From positions 1 to 64,000 of the IMG/VR virus record IMGVR_UViG_3300034060_000702: a DNA stretch of 64,000 nucleotides. One strand, given 5' to 3'. Both the position numbers and the translations under genes were made by a program. Source of the stretch: a virus. This document shows positions 10,101 through 18,218 of the stretch, in pieces; the stretch's first letter is position 1, and the number at the start of each line of letters is the position of its first letter. Under the pieces are notes generated by a model. It made no database searches. It was not told the origin of the DNA and saw nothing but the letters and a program-made list of their open reading frames with translations.

Positions 10101-13100
10101 AGAAGAAGCAAACTTACCAACAATAGTAGAATCAACTCTTTTTAAAATGTCAACAGGCAATGCTGGATTTGACTTAACTAAAGAATCTAATTTTTTTTGT
10201 TTATCTCTAACTTCATTTAACTTGCTTGATGCTTTTGTATCAAATGTTGTAGCTGTTGTTAAACTTGTTATTTGATTTGCAATATTTTCATAAGCAATAA
10301 ATTTATTTAATAAATCAAATTGAACTTCATCTGATATTGGAATAGCTTTTCCAGGTTCAGCAAAAGAATTTTTAATAGCCGCAGTATTAATTGGAGAATT
10401 ATCATTGATTGATAACTTCATAACTTTACCTAAGTTTTGTACTAAATCAACATTAGTATAAAGTTCTTTTGTTTTTGAGTCTATATCCAAACCATTAACT
10501 ACAGATTTATAAGCATCAATATCTTCATACTTAATTAAAGCATCAAAAGTATTTCTATCAAAAGTTGCATTTTGATTTAATACATGTAATGCACCTTGTT
10601 GAACTCTTTTAGCTTCTAAGTAGTTTCGAATAGCAGGTACAGATACAAAATTAACCGCATCTTCTACAGGAACACCCGCCATAAATAAATACAACAATGT
10701 TGGAGTTGCTTCTTTGTTACCTTGGATATTAAAAATCCAACCACCTTTTGCAACATCCACCCAACCATTAATCATTTGTCCTAAAATATCAGGAATGTAT
10801 TCACCAGCTTTGTTTTTTAATGCAGCTAAGTCAATTACTTTTTTTCCATTAATAATTTTAGAATTAAAACTTGGAAAGTGTAAGTTGTAATTTTTATATG
10901 AAAATGCTAAATCTTTTTCTATTTTACCTACATTTTTAGCATCTTCTTTTAGAGCAGCAATAATCTCATTATAATCTTCTAATGTCAAGATGTTTGAATC
11001 TATGTTAGTGTACATACCCATTCGAGTAAACATAGAGAAATACTTGTTTATTACAGCACCAATTCCTAATGTATCTTTACCAACAGAGTTTTCAATTTGT
11101 TTGTTTCTATTGTAAGATGGATCAAAAATCATAGAAGATGAAATCTTAGTTCTAATAGTTTCTTTATCATGAACAGATTGATATTTATTAAATGGAGAAA
11201 CATGAGATTCTAATTCTTTTGCAATTCCATCTACCAAGTTTGTATCATTTGGTCTTACTAAATCGGCATAGTTATCTTCTCTTTCAAGTCTTTCAACTAT
11301 AACATCAATAAGATTATTCTCTAAACCTTTAATCGATTGACCATCTTTTTTAATTTGCAAGTCTGCTAATTCAGATTTCATTGCTTCAAGTTCTCCAAAC
11401 AAAGCAGACTTTTGTCCTAAAGCATCATACACAGAATCTATAATTGCATTTAAAGCTGCAACTTCTTTTTCATTTTCAGCAAGTGCCTTTTTTTCTTTGG
11501 TTGTTAATTTACCTGAAGTAGTTTTAATTGCTTCTTTAAGTAGTTTTCTATTTTCTTTTATTTCAGATAAGACTTGTTTTTGCTCTAATGTATCTTGATT
11601 TGCTTCGATGTAATCAAACACTTCTTTTCTTTTATTAGAAATGTTTTCTTTTAATGTAGAGATCTTAGAGTTTAACTCATTGATGTCTTCTTTAGGAAGA
11701 GCTTTGATCTTCTTAACTTCACCATTGTATAGTCCAAGATTGGCCATCATTGTGAATAATTTATCCACATCATAATCGGCTCCAGACTTAGCAACAATTT
11801 CAGAAGGTAGAATAATAACATTACCTGCAATTTTTGGTAAGAATGAATGTATCTCCATAAATTCAACAGAGTTCATCGCTTGACCAGGTATCCTACAGGT
11901 AGTCATGATAAATAAATCCATGTTTTCTTTTTTCCAAACAGGATCAACCATCAAAGCATTCAATTTATCTAAAGTTGAATCATAATCTAATGTTTTTACT
12001 TTAGTTCCATCTTTACTTGTTTTAGTAATGTATGTAGCAATAGACTTACCATCTTTACCTTTTATGTATAAAAGCTTTTCAAAGTCACCTTGCAATGCAA
12101 TTTTAACTTGCATCGCTTTGATCTTTCCATCTTTTCTATAGTAACTTCTTAAACCATTAGTACCATACTCTAATTGCTCTTCAGTAGTAGCTTTTTTCCA
12201 TTGTGAACCTTTTTTCTCACTCATAGTAGAAGCCATCTGAATAAGACCTTCACCATTAACTTTCATCTTAGTTAATCTTTTATCAATCAAAGACACAAGC
12301 ATTTTAGATACTTGTCCTTCAGTTAATGCAAGAGAGATGTCATTTTTAAGAGCACTGTTGTTAAATAAGAAATCAATTTGAGCATCATCAATTTCACTTC
12401 TTGTCAACTCACTTCTAATTAAATTAGCAAGTTTTTCAGAACTTCTTGAGATGTCAGCTTCTTCAGTAATACCAAGTTCATTAAACAACTCTTGTTTTTT
12501 AAACTCAACTATGTCTTCTATTGTTTTTTCATACTTAACTAACCACTGATAGTCATTAGACTTTAACTTTTCAGTTTCAGACATTTCCTCCCATTTACTT
12601 TGAAAATCTTTTTTATCAAACTCTTGCAATTCAAACATTGCAGAAACATCTTTAGGAACCCCATTATCCATTAATCCAGCATACAAGATTGCTCTCATTT
12701 GAGTAGGTAATGTAATCTTACCTTTATACTCATTATGTATCTTGATTTGGTTTTTCAAATACTTAACATGAATAATGTTTGGTGTAAATTTGAAAGTAGG
12801 ATCTGTAGTAGTTTCTCTAGTTTCTTTATTGTAGTAATCATCATTAGGTGATTCTGATTCAGAATTAGATACAGATGTAAGTTTAGAACCAGATGCAAAA
12901 GTCATATAGTCAATCCCCTGCTCCATCATTTTATCATGAAGATCTTCTAACTTAGTTCCTTTAATCATGTTAGGAATTAATGGAATAAGATTGAATTTAT
13001 GAAAAGCCATACCAGGTAAACCATCAGTTTTAACTGGACCAAAATGTTGTAACTTCATTGATTCAAAGAACTCATTTACTCTAGTCTGATCAAATGCAAC

Positions 13101-16100
13101 TCCATTAACAATGTTGTTATACATTGCTTCTTTAACTGGCGACCATAAACCTTGAGATATAGAAAGCATTCTGTAGAAGTCAAAAGAAATAAATCCTTGA
13201 CCATCTGCTTCATTCATATTATTGTAAGGACCTAATGAATTTTTGATGTCTTCTGCTAACTCATCTAAGTAAATAGAATTAACTTTATGGTCATTGATAA
13301 TTGCAGTTACAACTGTACCATCATATGACCTAAATTCTTTTTCAGGTTTTATATTTCCAGACTTAACTCTTGATTGAGCATAGTTTCTACTTTTATTATT
13401 TTCAACAACATCTCCACTTTTAAATGGAAGTGTATTTAATGTTTGTAACATTGATGTGTCATGTCTAAAACCTTCACCTGTTGAAATAATACCTGCAATC
13501 CTTTTATGGAAATCTTCTTTGCTAACATCATATAATGCTGGATCACCTAAAAACATTGTAGTAAAATTCAAATAGTTTAAGAATTGATTTCTTTCAAACA
13601 TTGAAATCAATATCTCTTTAGATTCATCAACAGAAAGTTTTGTTTTAGCATTACCGCTAATCTCTGTTCGAACTCCTTCTGCTAAATAAAAAGTATCTTT
13701 TTTATTCTTTAAAGTGTTATCAGTTTTTTCTTTAAAATACTGGTTAATCTCTTTTGTAATAACAGATTTAGATTTTTCAACTTCTTTTAAAACTTCATCA
13801 AAGTTAGTTGAATTGATTTCTTTTAGTTTACCCTTAGTTTCATTTGTAAGCAAAGCATCAAAGATAAAAAACTCTTGACCTCTTGCTTTGTAATTCTTAT
13901 CTATGTTACCTGTCGCGCTTTTTAAAGTATTAATCCTAACTATTTCTGCAGCAATATATTTCTTTAAAGCAGAATACATTTTATTATTTGTATCTGCCTG
14001 TGTCTTGATTGCTTTAGCATCAGTAACATCAAATATAGGTTTAGCATTATTTAAACCAAAGTGAAATGAAGATGACTTATCAGCCATCCTTGGAGCTTCT
14101 GCTTTACCATAGTAACTTAAATAAACATCAGTAATAAACTTTGAATTTTCATCCAAAGACATATTGCTTAAACCTCTTTCAACTAATGATTCATATTCAT
14201 TTTCACCAATAAGTTTTTGAAAGTATTTAGTACCAGAAAAGTTTTCATATTCTATTGCTACATTTCCTTGCTTGGTACTTTGTTTCTTACCATTTTCATC
14301 AAACAATTCATTCAACCATGTATTTGCTTTTTTAAATGGATCAAGATTACCATCTAAGTGTTCAAAAGCATTGTCCTTAGTTAACTCTTGTAATGTTTGC
14401 GCATTATTAATACCATTGATTTGATGAGTAATAGAACTATTTAAAACCAATTCCGAAGCTGTTTCACCTTCAGCATTAGTACCCATAAATGAATTATAGT
14501 TGTTAGAGTATTTGAACTCAACTTCCTGCAATGTCTTATAAAAACCACCAAGCCCTTTTACTTTTTCATAAGTTTCATTACCCTGCTCATCAGTATTTTT
14601 AACACTGTAATCTTTAATTAAATCAGTAATACTATTGATCCTTTTATCAAAGTCTGTTGTTTTTATAGAAGAATCATTTCTTAATCTATTAATAAAATCA
14701 TCAAGCAATCCACCAGGAATTCCAGAGTCTTTATCGCCTTTAAATAATACTTTATTTACTTCAGCAGTATCAGTAAGATTAACACCAATAGCATTAAACT
14801 TTTGTGCAATACTTGCTTTTGGATTTGCTTCTAACCACTCTAATGCTTTTTTAACATTAAGATATGGACCATGAATATCTACTTCAATATTTGGACTTAA
14901 TTCAAATGCAGTATTCCAGTTATTTCTAACTTGAGATGTCGAACTTGAAACAGAACCATATTTAAGATTAATTCCAATTTCTTTACCATCATTTACTCTT
15001 TCAAACAAAAGTTGTTTAAGAGGCATATTTGATTTACTGAAAGTCTGGAAAAATTTACTCCATAATATTTGAGAACCTAAATGTATTGGGAGTTCCCCAT
15101 TTACCAAAGGCATTCTTTTAAGAACTTCTTGAATGATTGGATCTTTAGAATCTCTCAATACAGCAAACATTGTATCTGGATTTGCAGATGACATTGTTTG
15201 TTTAGCAACTATCGATAATACTTTTACTTTATTGCTTAATAGATGTACACCCAAAGCATTTGTTACCTTCTCTCCTTTTTCATTAAAATCAGGAACAGTA
15301 CTTAACAACATTAATATTTCTTTGTCCGCATATTCCTCTAAAGAAATATCTTTTCTTTCTTTAAATGGATCTGTTTCATCTCTTTCAGTATCTTCTTCTG
15401 CAATACTCTTCAACCCTTGTTGAGTAATAAATAACCCAGAAGAAATATGAGCACCAATGACACCAGTATTAGCACCAGTTTCACTAACATTTTTTTCAAT
15501 ATCTTCTAAGTTACCAAACTCTGCAATAGAAAAAGTTAATGCTTCAACTTGTTTTGCAACTTGAGCAATCTTCATTTTTTGTGCAGCATCTGGATTACTA
15601 ACCTTAGATAAAGATTCTTGAATTTTTAATTGATTTTCTTTTATCTCAATCAGTTTAAGTTTAGCATGTTTGTACAATGGTGTGATGTCATCAAGTGTAG
15701 TAATTTTCATATTACCATTCTTGATTTTTTCAGAGTATGCTTCATTTACCAATGTATTAACTGTATCTACAATTAATTTACTTTGAGCTGCATCTAACTT
15801 ACCATTCTTAGGATCACTAAATGCAGTAATAGAAGCATTCATTCTACCCCAAAACATATTAGCTTCAGGATTGTATTTAGTAAAATCAACTTTGTTATCA
15901 ACTAAGTCTTTGAAGTATTTATCAGTAAGTGTTTTTCTCTTAAAGATTTTTGTAATAGCATCAAGTAAATTCTTAAAGAATTTTTGAAGCATGTTACCTT
16001 TAGGAGAAATCTTATTTGTTGCATAAGCTCTAAACTTTTCCGCTAAGAATTCCTCTACAGCTTTATCATTCTTGAAATTCTCATTTGGGTATGATTTTTT

Positions 16101-18218
16101 AACTTCAAAGTAAAGTTTATTCTTTTGTTCTTTAGTCAATATACCTTGTGTAAAAGCATGCCATGCTTCATGGTATATCAATGTATTATTAGAACCTTTG
16201 TATAATGTTATACCACTTGTAAACCATTGTGCTAATGCATGTGGATGTTTCTTATCACTAAAATCTAAATCCAATTCACTTTTCATGTCATGAGCTTTAA
16301 ACCAACTTAGTGCAGCAGCTTCTGCTTTTTCAGTAACAGTTTCTAATTCAATTGTATTTGATGCAAGTACATCATCATCAGCATAATCATCAAACTCTTC
16401 AAATGTTGGAGGAGTTGGTTTAATATCTTCCGCAGGTGCAACTTCATCAGCAGTTTCAACCTCAACTTCTTTTTCAGCAGTTACAGGAACAGCAGTGCTA
16501 ACTGAAAAACCAATTCGAGGATGATACAATCTTAATTCATTAGCGGTACTTGTTTCAGCAAGAGTGTAACTATTATTCATAATATGTGCATTATGAGTAA
16601 TAGGTGTAAGAACTAAAGCATTACCTTCCATTCTAAAAGTATTTCCAGCTTTAATCTTAAAAGAGAAATTAGGTTTTCCTACAGTATGAAGTTTACCACT
16701 AGCTGTTCTAAATAAATCATTTTTAGATTTAGCTTCAGCAATATCAGTAACAATATTTTTCTTTTCTGTTTTTCCTGTATATTCTTTTTTCTGTACTGAT
16801 AATTTTGTAAAATGATTAGTCAATGCTTCTGCTAAACCTTCATCAAATAACTTAAATGCTTTATCAACAATTATAATTTTACCATCTGGTTTAAATTTAA
16901 TTGGTGAATCTGAAGCAACATTTACATACTTTTTAAACAAATCCATTCTTTGTTCAGGAGTCTGCACAGCATCATCAACAGTAAGTTCAGGATTAGTAAG
17001 TAATTCAATTAAAGATTTTACAATATCTGGACTTGTATCTAATGAAGATGGATAAAGAGAAACAGGAGTTGTATGTAAAGTATGACTAGTTAATGCATAA
17101 AACTGAAACAATAGTTTTCCATTTTCATTATGTTCTTCCTTTGTTATAACTTCAAATTGATTGTAATCTTTTACACTAGTTATTTTAGTTTCTTTACCTG
17201 AATCTTGATTTATGTAACCAAAATTAGAATTTTCAAGATTGACATCCAATAAGAAACCTTCTGCTTTATTTTGGTTAGCTTTCTTATTAATGTCATTTAA
17301 AATCTGTAGTTCATTTGCTAATTGCTCAAAAGCCATTCGCATAGCTTTACCAGGTTCTAAATCTTTATTGTTAAATTCAATAGCTCTTGCTAATTTTTCT
17401 TGAACTTTTCTAATTCTTAAATTAGCATCTGTAGCCTTAAATCCTTTTTGTTCATTAAAAGGTTTTTTAAAATCATATCCTTCAAATAAAGCATCTGGAT
17501 TATTTGTATATGTAGAAAATATAAAAACCTTACCTTCTTTAGATATGATTTTTCCATCTTTATCAGTCATTAAAAAAACTAATGCTTCAGGACTAGTAAC
17601 AGAATCTCCAACAAGATTTCTTTCTAATTCTAAGCCAGCACTTTCAATTAATTTTCTTGCAGCACCAAGTTTAATAGCTAATACTTTATGTTCAGCATTT
17701 GCCATAATATCAGTTAACACTTCTCTAACAAAAGCAAATGCTTCTGCTTTACTTGGATCTACTGTTCTTACCTCTCCTGTAAACTCTGGAGTTTGGTTTG
17801 TTAAAACTTCGACATGTGATGGATTGAACTTAGAAAAATCTACAAAATTTTCTTCTTCAGTTTCAATTGGATTTTCTTCAACATCAATTGTATCTACAAT
17901 TAATTTTTGATAACCTTTTATTAAATCACTAACAGCTTTTGTGCTGTTCATAGCAGTCATAGTTTTTGCTAAGTCTGCCTCAATGTTAAGACCTGGAAAA
18001 CTTCCATTTAAAGCAATAGGAAGAAACAACATATGCTGTACTACCAAATCAATATTTGATTGATTGTTAGCATCACCAGACTTCATTAAAGCAGCATTGT
18101 ACATTCTCTTGTACAACTGATCTTTTGATTGAATGGTTTTAGTGTTTATTAATTTTGCTTGAGATTTAAAAAGTTTTACAAAATCTTTTATTGACTGTTC
18201 ATTAATACATACATTCAT
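4194..18218 (-). CDS. Virion-packaged single-chain DNA-dependent RNA polymerase polyprotein (phi14:2 gp66-like), fused to zincin, AlkB, SLOG, ASCH, macro-like and SF1B helicase domains
   Basis: RNAP motifs: EADGQG, TCRIPGQ, catalytic GADYDVDK (~11760-11783), GKDTLGIGA, NGWVDVAK. Zincin HEAWH at 16158-16172. AlkB HTD...H...RYSITLR. Helicase GAGGTGKT, IIDESSM, GDRAQLPPV, TAHKAQGSTY, YVAVSR. Confidence 0.9.
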   Translation of the reverse strand: MNVCINEQSIKDFVKLFKSQAKLINTKTIQSKDQLYKRMYNAALMKSGDANNQSNIDLVVQHMLFLPIALNGSFPGLNIEADLAKTMTAMNSTKAVSDLIKGYQKLIVDTIDVEENPIETEEENFVDFSKFNPSHVEVLTNQTPEFTGEVRTVDPSKAEAFAFVREVLTDIMANAEHKVLAIKLGAARKLIESAGLELERNLVGDSVTSPEALVFLMTDKDGKIISKEGKVFIFSTYTNNPDALFEGYDFKKPFNEQKGFKATDANLRIRKVQEKLARAIEFNNKDLEPGKAMRMAFEQLANELQILNDINKKANQNKAEGFLLDVNLENSNFGYINQDSGKETKITSVKDYNQFEVITKEEHNENGKLLFQFYALTSHTLHTTPVSLYPSSLDTSPDIVKSLIELLTNPELTVDDAVQTPEQRMDLFKKYVNVASDSPIKFKPDGKIIIVDKAFKLFDEGLAEALTNHFTKLSVQKKEYTGKTEKKNIVTDIAEAKSKNDLFRTASGKLHTVGKPNFSFKIKAGNTFRMEGNALVLTPITHNAHIMNNSYTLAETSTANELRLYHPRIGFSVSTAVPVTAEKEVEVETADEVAPAEDIKPTPPTFEEFDDYADDDVLASNTIELETVTEKAEAAALSWFKAHDMKSELDLDFSDKKHPHALAQWFTSGITLYKGSNNTLIYHEAWHAFTQGILTKEQKNKLYFEVKKSYPNENFKNDKAVEEFLAEKFRAYATNKISPKGNMLQKFFKNLLDAITKIFKRKTLTDKYFKDLVDNKVDFTKYNPEANMFWGRMNASITAFSDPKNGKLDAAQSKLIVDTVNTLVNEAYSEKIKNGNMKITTLDDITPLYKHAKLKLIEIKENQLKIQESLSKVSNPDAAQKMKIAQVAKQVEALTFSIAEFGNLEDIEKNVSETGANTGVIGAHISSGLFITQQGLKSIAEEDTERDETDPFKERKDISLEEYADKEILMLLSTVPDFNEKGEKVTNALGVHLLSNKVKVLSIVAKQTMSSANPDTMFAVLRDSKDPIIQEVLKRMPLVNGELPIHLGSQILWSKFFQTFSKSNMPLKQLLFERVNDGKEIGINLKYGSVSSSTSQVRNNWNTAFELSPNIEVDIHGPYLNVKKALEWLEANPKASIAQKFNAIGVNLTDTAEVNKVLFKGDKDSGIPGGLLDDFINRLRNDSSIKTTDFDKRINSITDLIKDYSVKNTDEQGNETYEKVKGLGGFYKTLQEVEFKYSNNYNSFMGTNAEGETASELVLNSSITHQINGINNAQTLQELTKDNAFEHLDGNLDPFKKANTWLNELFDENGKKQSTKQGNVAIEYENFSGTKYFQKLIGENEYESLVERGLSNMSLDENSKFITDVYLSYYGKAEAPRMADKSSSFHFGLNNAKPIFDVTDAKAIKTQADTNNKMYSALKKYIAAEIVRINTLKSATGNIDKNYKARGQEFFIFDALLTNETKGKLKEINSTNFDEVLKEVEKSKSVITKEINQYFKEKTDNTLKNKKDTFYLAEGVRTEISGNAKTKLSVDESKEILISMFERNQFLNYLNFTTMFLGDPALYDVSKEDFHKRIAGIISTGEGFRHDTSMLQTLNTLPFKSGDVVENNKSRNYAQSRVKSGNIKPEKEFRSYDGTVVTAIINDHKVNSIYLDELAEDIKNSLGPYNNMNEADGQGFISFDFYRMLSISQGLWSPVKEAMYNNIVNGVAFDQTRVNEFFESMKLQHFGPVKTDGLPGMAFHKFNLIPLIPNMIKGTKLEDLHDKMMEQGIDYMTFASGSKLTSVSNSESESPNDDYYNKETRETTTDPTFKFTPNIIHVKYLKNQIKIHNEYKGKITLPTQMRAILYAGLMDNGVPKDVSAMFELQEFDKKDFQSKWEEMSETEKLKSNDYQWLVKYEKTIEDIVEFKKQELFNELGITEEADISRSSEKLANLIRSELTRSEIDDAQIDFLFNNSALKNDISLALTEGQVSKMLVSLIDKRLTKMKVNGEGLIQMASTMSEKKGSQWKKATTEEQLEYGTNGLRSYYRKDGKIKAMQVKIALQGDFEKLLYIKGKDGKSIATYITKTSKDGTKVKTLDYDSTLDKLNALMVDPVWKKENMDLFIMTTCRIPGQAMNSVEFMEIHSFLPKIAGNVIILPSEIVAKSGADYDVDKLFTMMANLGLYNGEVKKIKALPKEDINELNSKISTLKENISNKRKEVFDYIEANQDTLEQKQVLSEIKENRKLLKEAIKTTSGKLTTKEKKALAENEKEVAALNAIIDSVYDALGQKSALFGELEAMKSELADLQIKKDGQSIKGLENNLIDVIVERLEREDNYADLVRPNDTNLVDGIAKELESHVSPFNKYQSVHDKETIRTKISSSMIFDPSYNRNKQIENSVGKDTLGIGAVINKYFSMFTRMGMYTNIDSNILTLEDYNEIIAALKEDAKNVGKIEKDLAFSYKNYNLHFPSFNSKIINGKKVIDLAALKNKAGEYIPDILGQMINGWVDVAKGGWIFNIQGNKEATPTLLYLFMAGVPVEDAVNFVSVPAIRNYLEAKRVQQGALHVLNQNATFDRNTFDALIKYEDIDAYKSVVNGLDIDSKTKELYTNVDLVQNLGKVMKLSINDNSPINTAAIKNSFAEPGKAIPISDEVQFDLLNKFIAYENIANQITSLTTATTFDTKASSKLNEVRDKQKKLDSLVKSNPALPVDILKRVDSTIVGKFASSKLILKLFSNFSALKNNKALSAIADKKSDIAFKAGIFPEDNINQFQEDFIWYLYQNESNRITDNTYNDIALVEDESVDKYDYKDGELRYNPTFLNELAFGFNVLNALPHKFGSKNAALKFLAEYGKIDFMDLPKDSMHYILAKKALSDVGINEETIEGKEISAEEYEDLILTAALESKALLASGNRETLMHGPFSYAKRLLEVASEHGELIGKFNFLEDIRHNYNKYSHNISLANIKETGYSKIYRQELEILKAYGEIPEVQELFEQFDHFAVLQSGIRTAGQFNVTEIIDPAHISNVIGNQYDSILESLNKIGSGEAVNYSVLNLYTALNYHENYSKRQLQNKRGGSYENDSYFDNTIQYTNKFDLSYLEGVRKIEIAMARYANSAIIMPYSAVGETEDTTRQFDYFTGLGETAINADLGLYSTAYINSSSEITDPKFVKEYFKKYKQHLDGLNHDNNLTFNIEMKPGANELIIEHLESLGYKKHPMLSGNGLYYAMSKVDSMAVSGLYNTQSTFSIKDDSLLSSSNKNEVVKVSIDQLVSKQLSDKYGLEEKYQAHKSLPNATWSDFIRANVIDNVAIESAYKYVVGKVIEKDKDFKNLLVNTQDAALLQGTVSNKLNNMYARALMTARKSLVQINAVATSPQQKNAVLTTSSGFLSAGTLSGFKRVQEITGAEIFDGEVFNKVESDKLFEIMDREFPKVLADPAQGIPNFANTKSIYFGPIEYKYSTITKAAAPLPSWLDKTVRELEKRMGVIPGYFDTALINRYTGLEQGLGMHTDAEPNLVGKENINPTVLTLSLGAERIFRLEGMSNTPYANEKVGIPTKQGHVLVMGKDSQIKYKHGIEKNSGQAGIRYSITLRHTPDVNPVGRAVEKPAGSTTQLSTSVNPSDYTNHSGGAYGGDTFWDMIGREFGVTKHMHYKDAGNANLSQKLKNAKVTATVLTKEQMDTARTEVERLLGEKYPDTLEGNLQVRNYYQVANADAVFAVAKLFSDKTAVLGGTNTAVQLGIEMNKPTYVWDIVTEGWYKYNGDTFEVTETPTLTKNFAGVGSRDIENYNTKDKKTGEWKPRKEYLGAAKEAAAKQAIKEVYEETFAQPTQSSTSVNEFDAADELTPIQQNFKDGDGGRQMQSKFKDRSTMQLILSGDRTRTTRAKTDIERMMKDYNLSKIEDLVGKVIRMTDKKTGRAYTRITKVVPFTQEYQDATWEKEGWVKSVTDNHVDNYPYAIEFELVSRPVTAIALTESQRFTRESVTKDNEYAYLFTDNAARTSGPNLVGPTGWYASTYGTDKKFPGKTQAVIRGLANAFPITTMVDDKRTQWTDEKFDEFKKEIDREIRRIKSFIGEGYFKGVKFSAEKPFGKGEISNMKDTAPKIWEYLNTKLAEIGIDNTGDTPKVISKSETTTSQTTTDSYQYYGKPYAIVIKDGVGVDVVGYKGKPADKNKLLAKYNENPNVDPQNGKPFRTEPTPVNVEPISGNKPQVNRYELFPGVFANQGQSEAIDKLYDFISSNESEFVLEGAGGTGKTTLIKNLVAELESKGTVLAIGPTHKAKKVLDNSLNRDRKFSKDKINTITLDAALAIKLDEATGEFKPNIKKRKLGWVPMLKADFVIIDESSMLKDDMIAEINQWKKKGAKIIYMGDRAQLPPVGQSSDSKVFGYSNHYLLTEKMRQAATSPIIGIGTVVSDNVKSKDPQVNVITSDMMVNAKDSVSGSELLWEQNEANAINQFVDDVKNSNDPNFAKIITFNNEKNPSGQSVLNLNMKVRNALYGLDAVKNQFMPGERLMAYDTFGDESPVFTNGEDLIVVSNTKKVDVNFNITVYSEAKGNRTQSFKYDVEYLDLINEEGVNLFDIPVIANSSINKFRQDVAALFKTDGQMAYGLLKEFGNLQYGYAITAHKAQGSTYTNTYVMLDNILGNTNLGTPKAKNQALYVAVSRPTTKLVMVTKTAPIDPKSITVGAEKSKYDNDKIGC
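6789..6814. repeat. 26-bp direct repeat, copy 1 (encodes linker TQSSTSVN)
   Basis: attaacactagtagatgattgagtag; 24/26 identical to 7440-7465. Confidence 0.85.
7440..7465. repeat. 26-bp direct repeat, copy 2 (encodes linker TQLSTSVN)
   Basis: attaacactagtagatagttgagtag; 24/26 identical to 6789-6814. Confidence 0.85.
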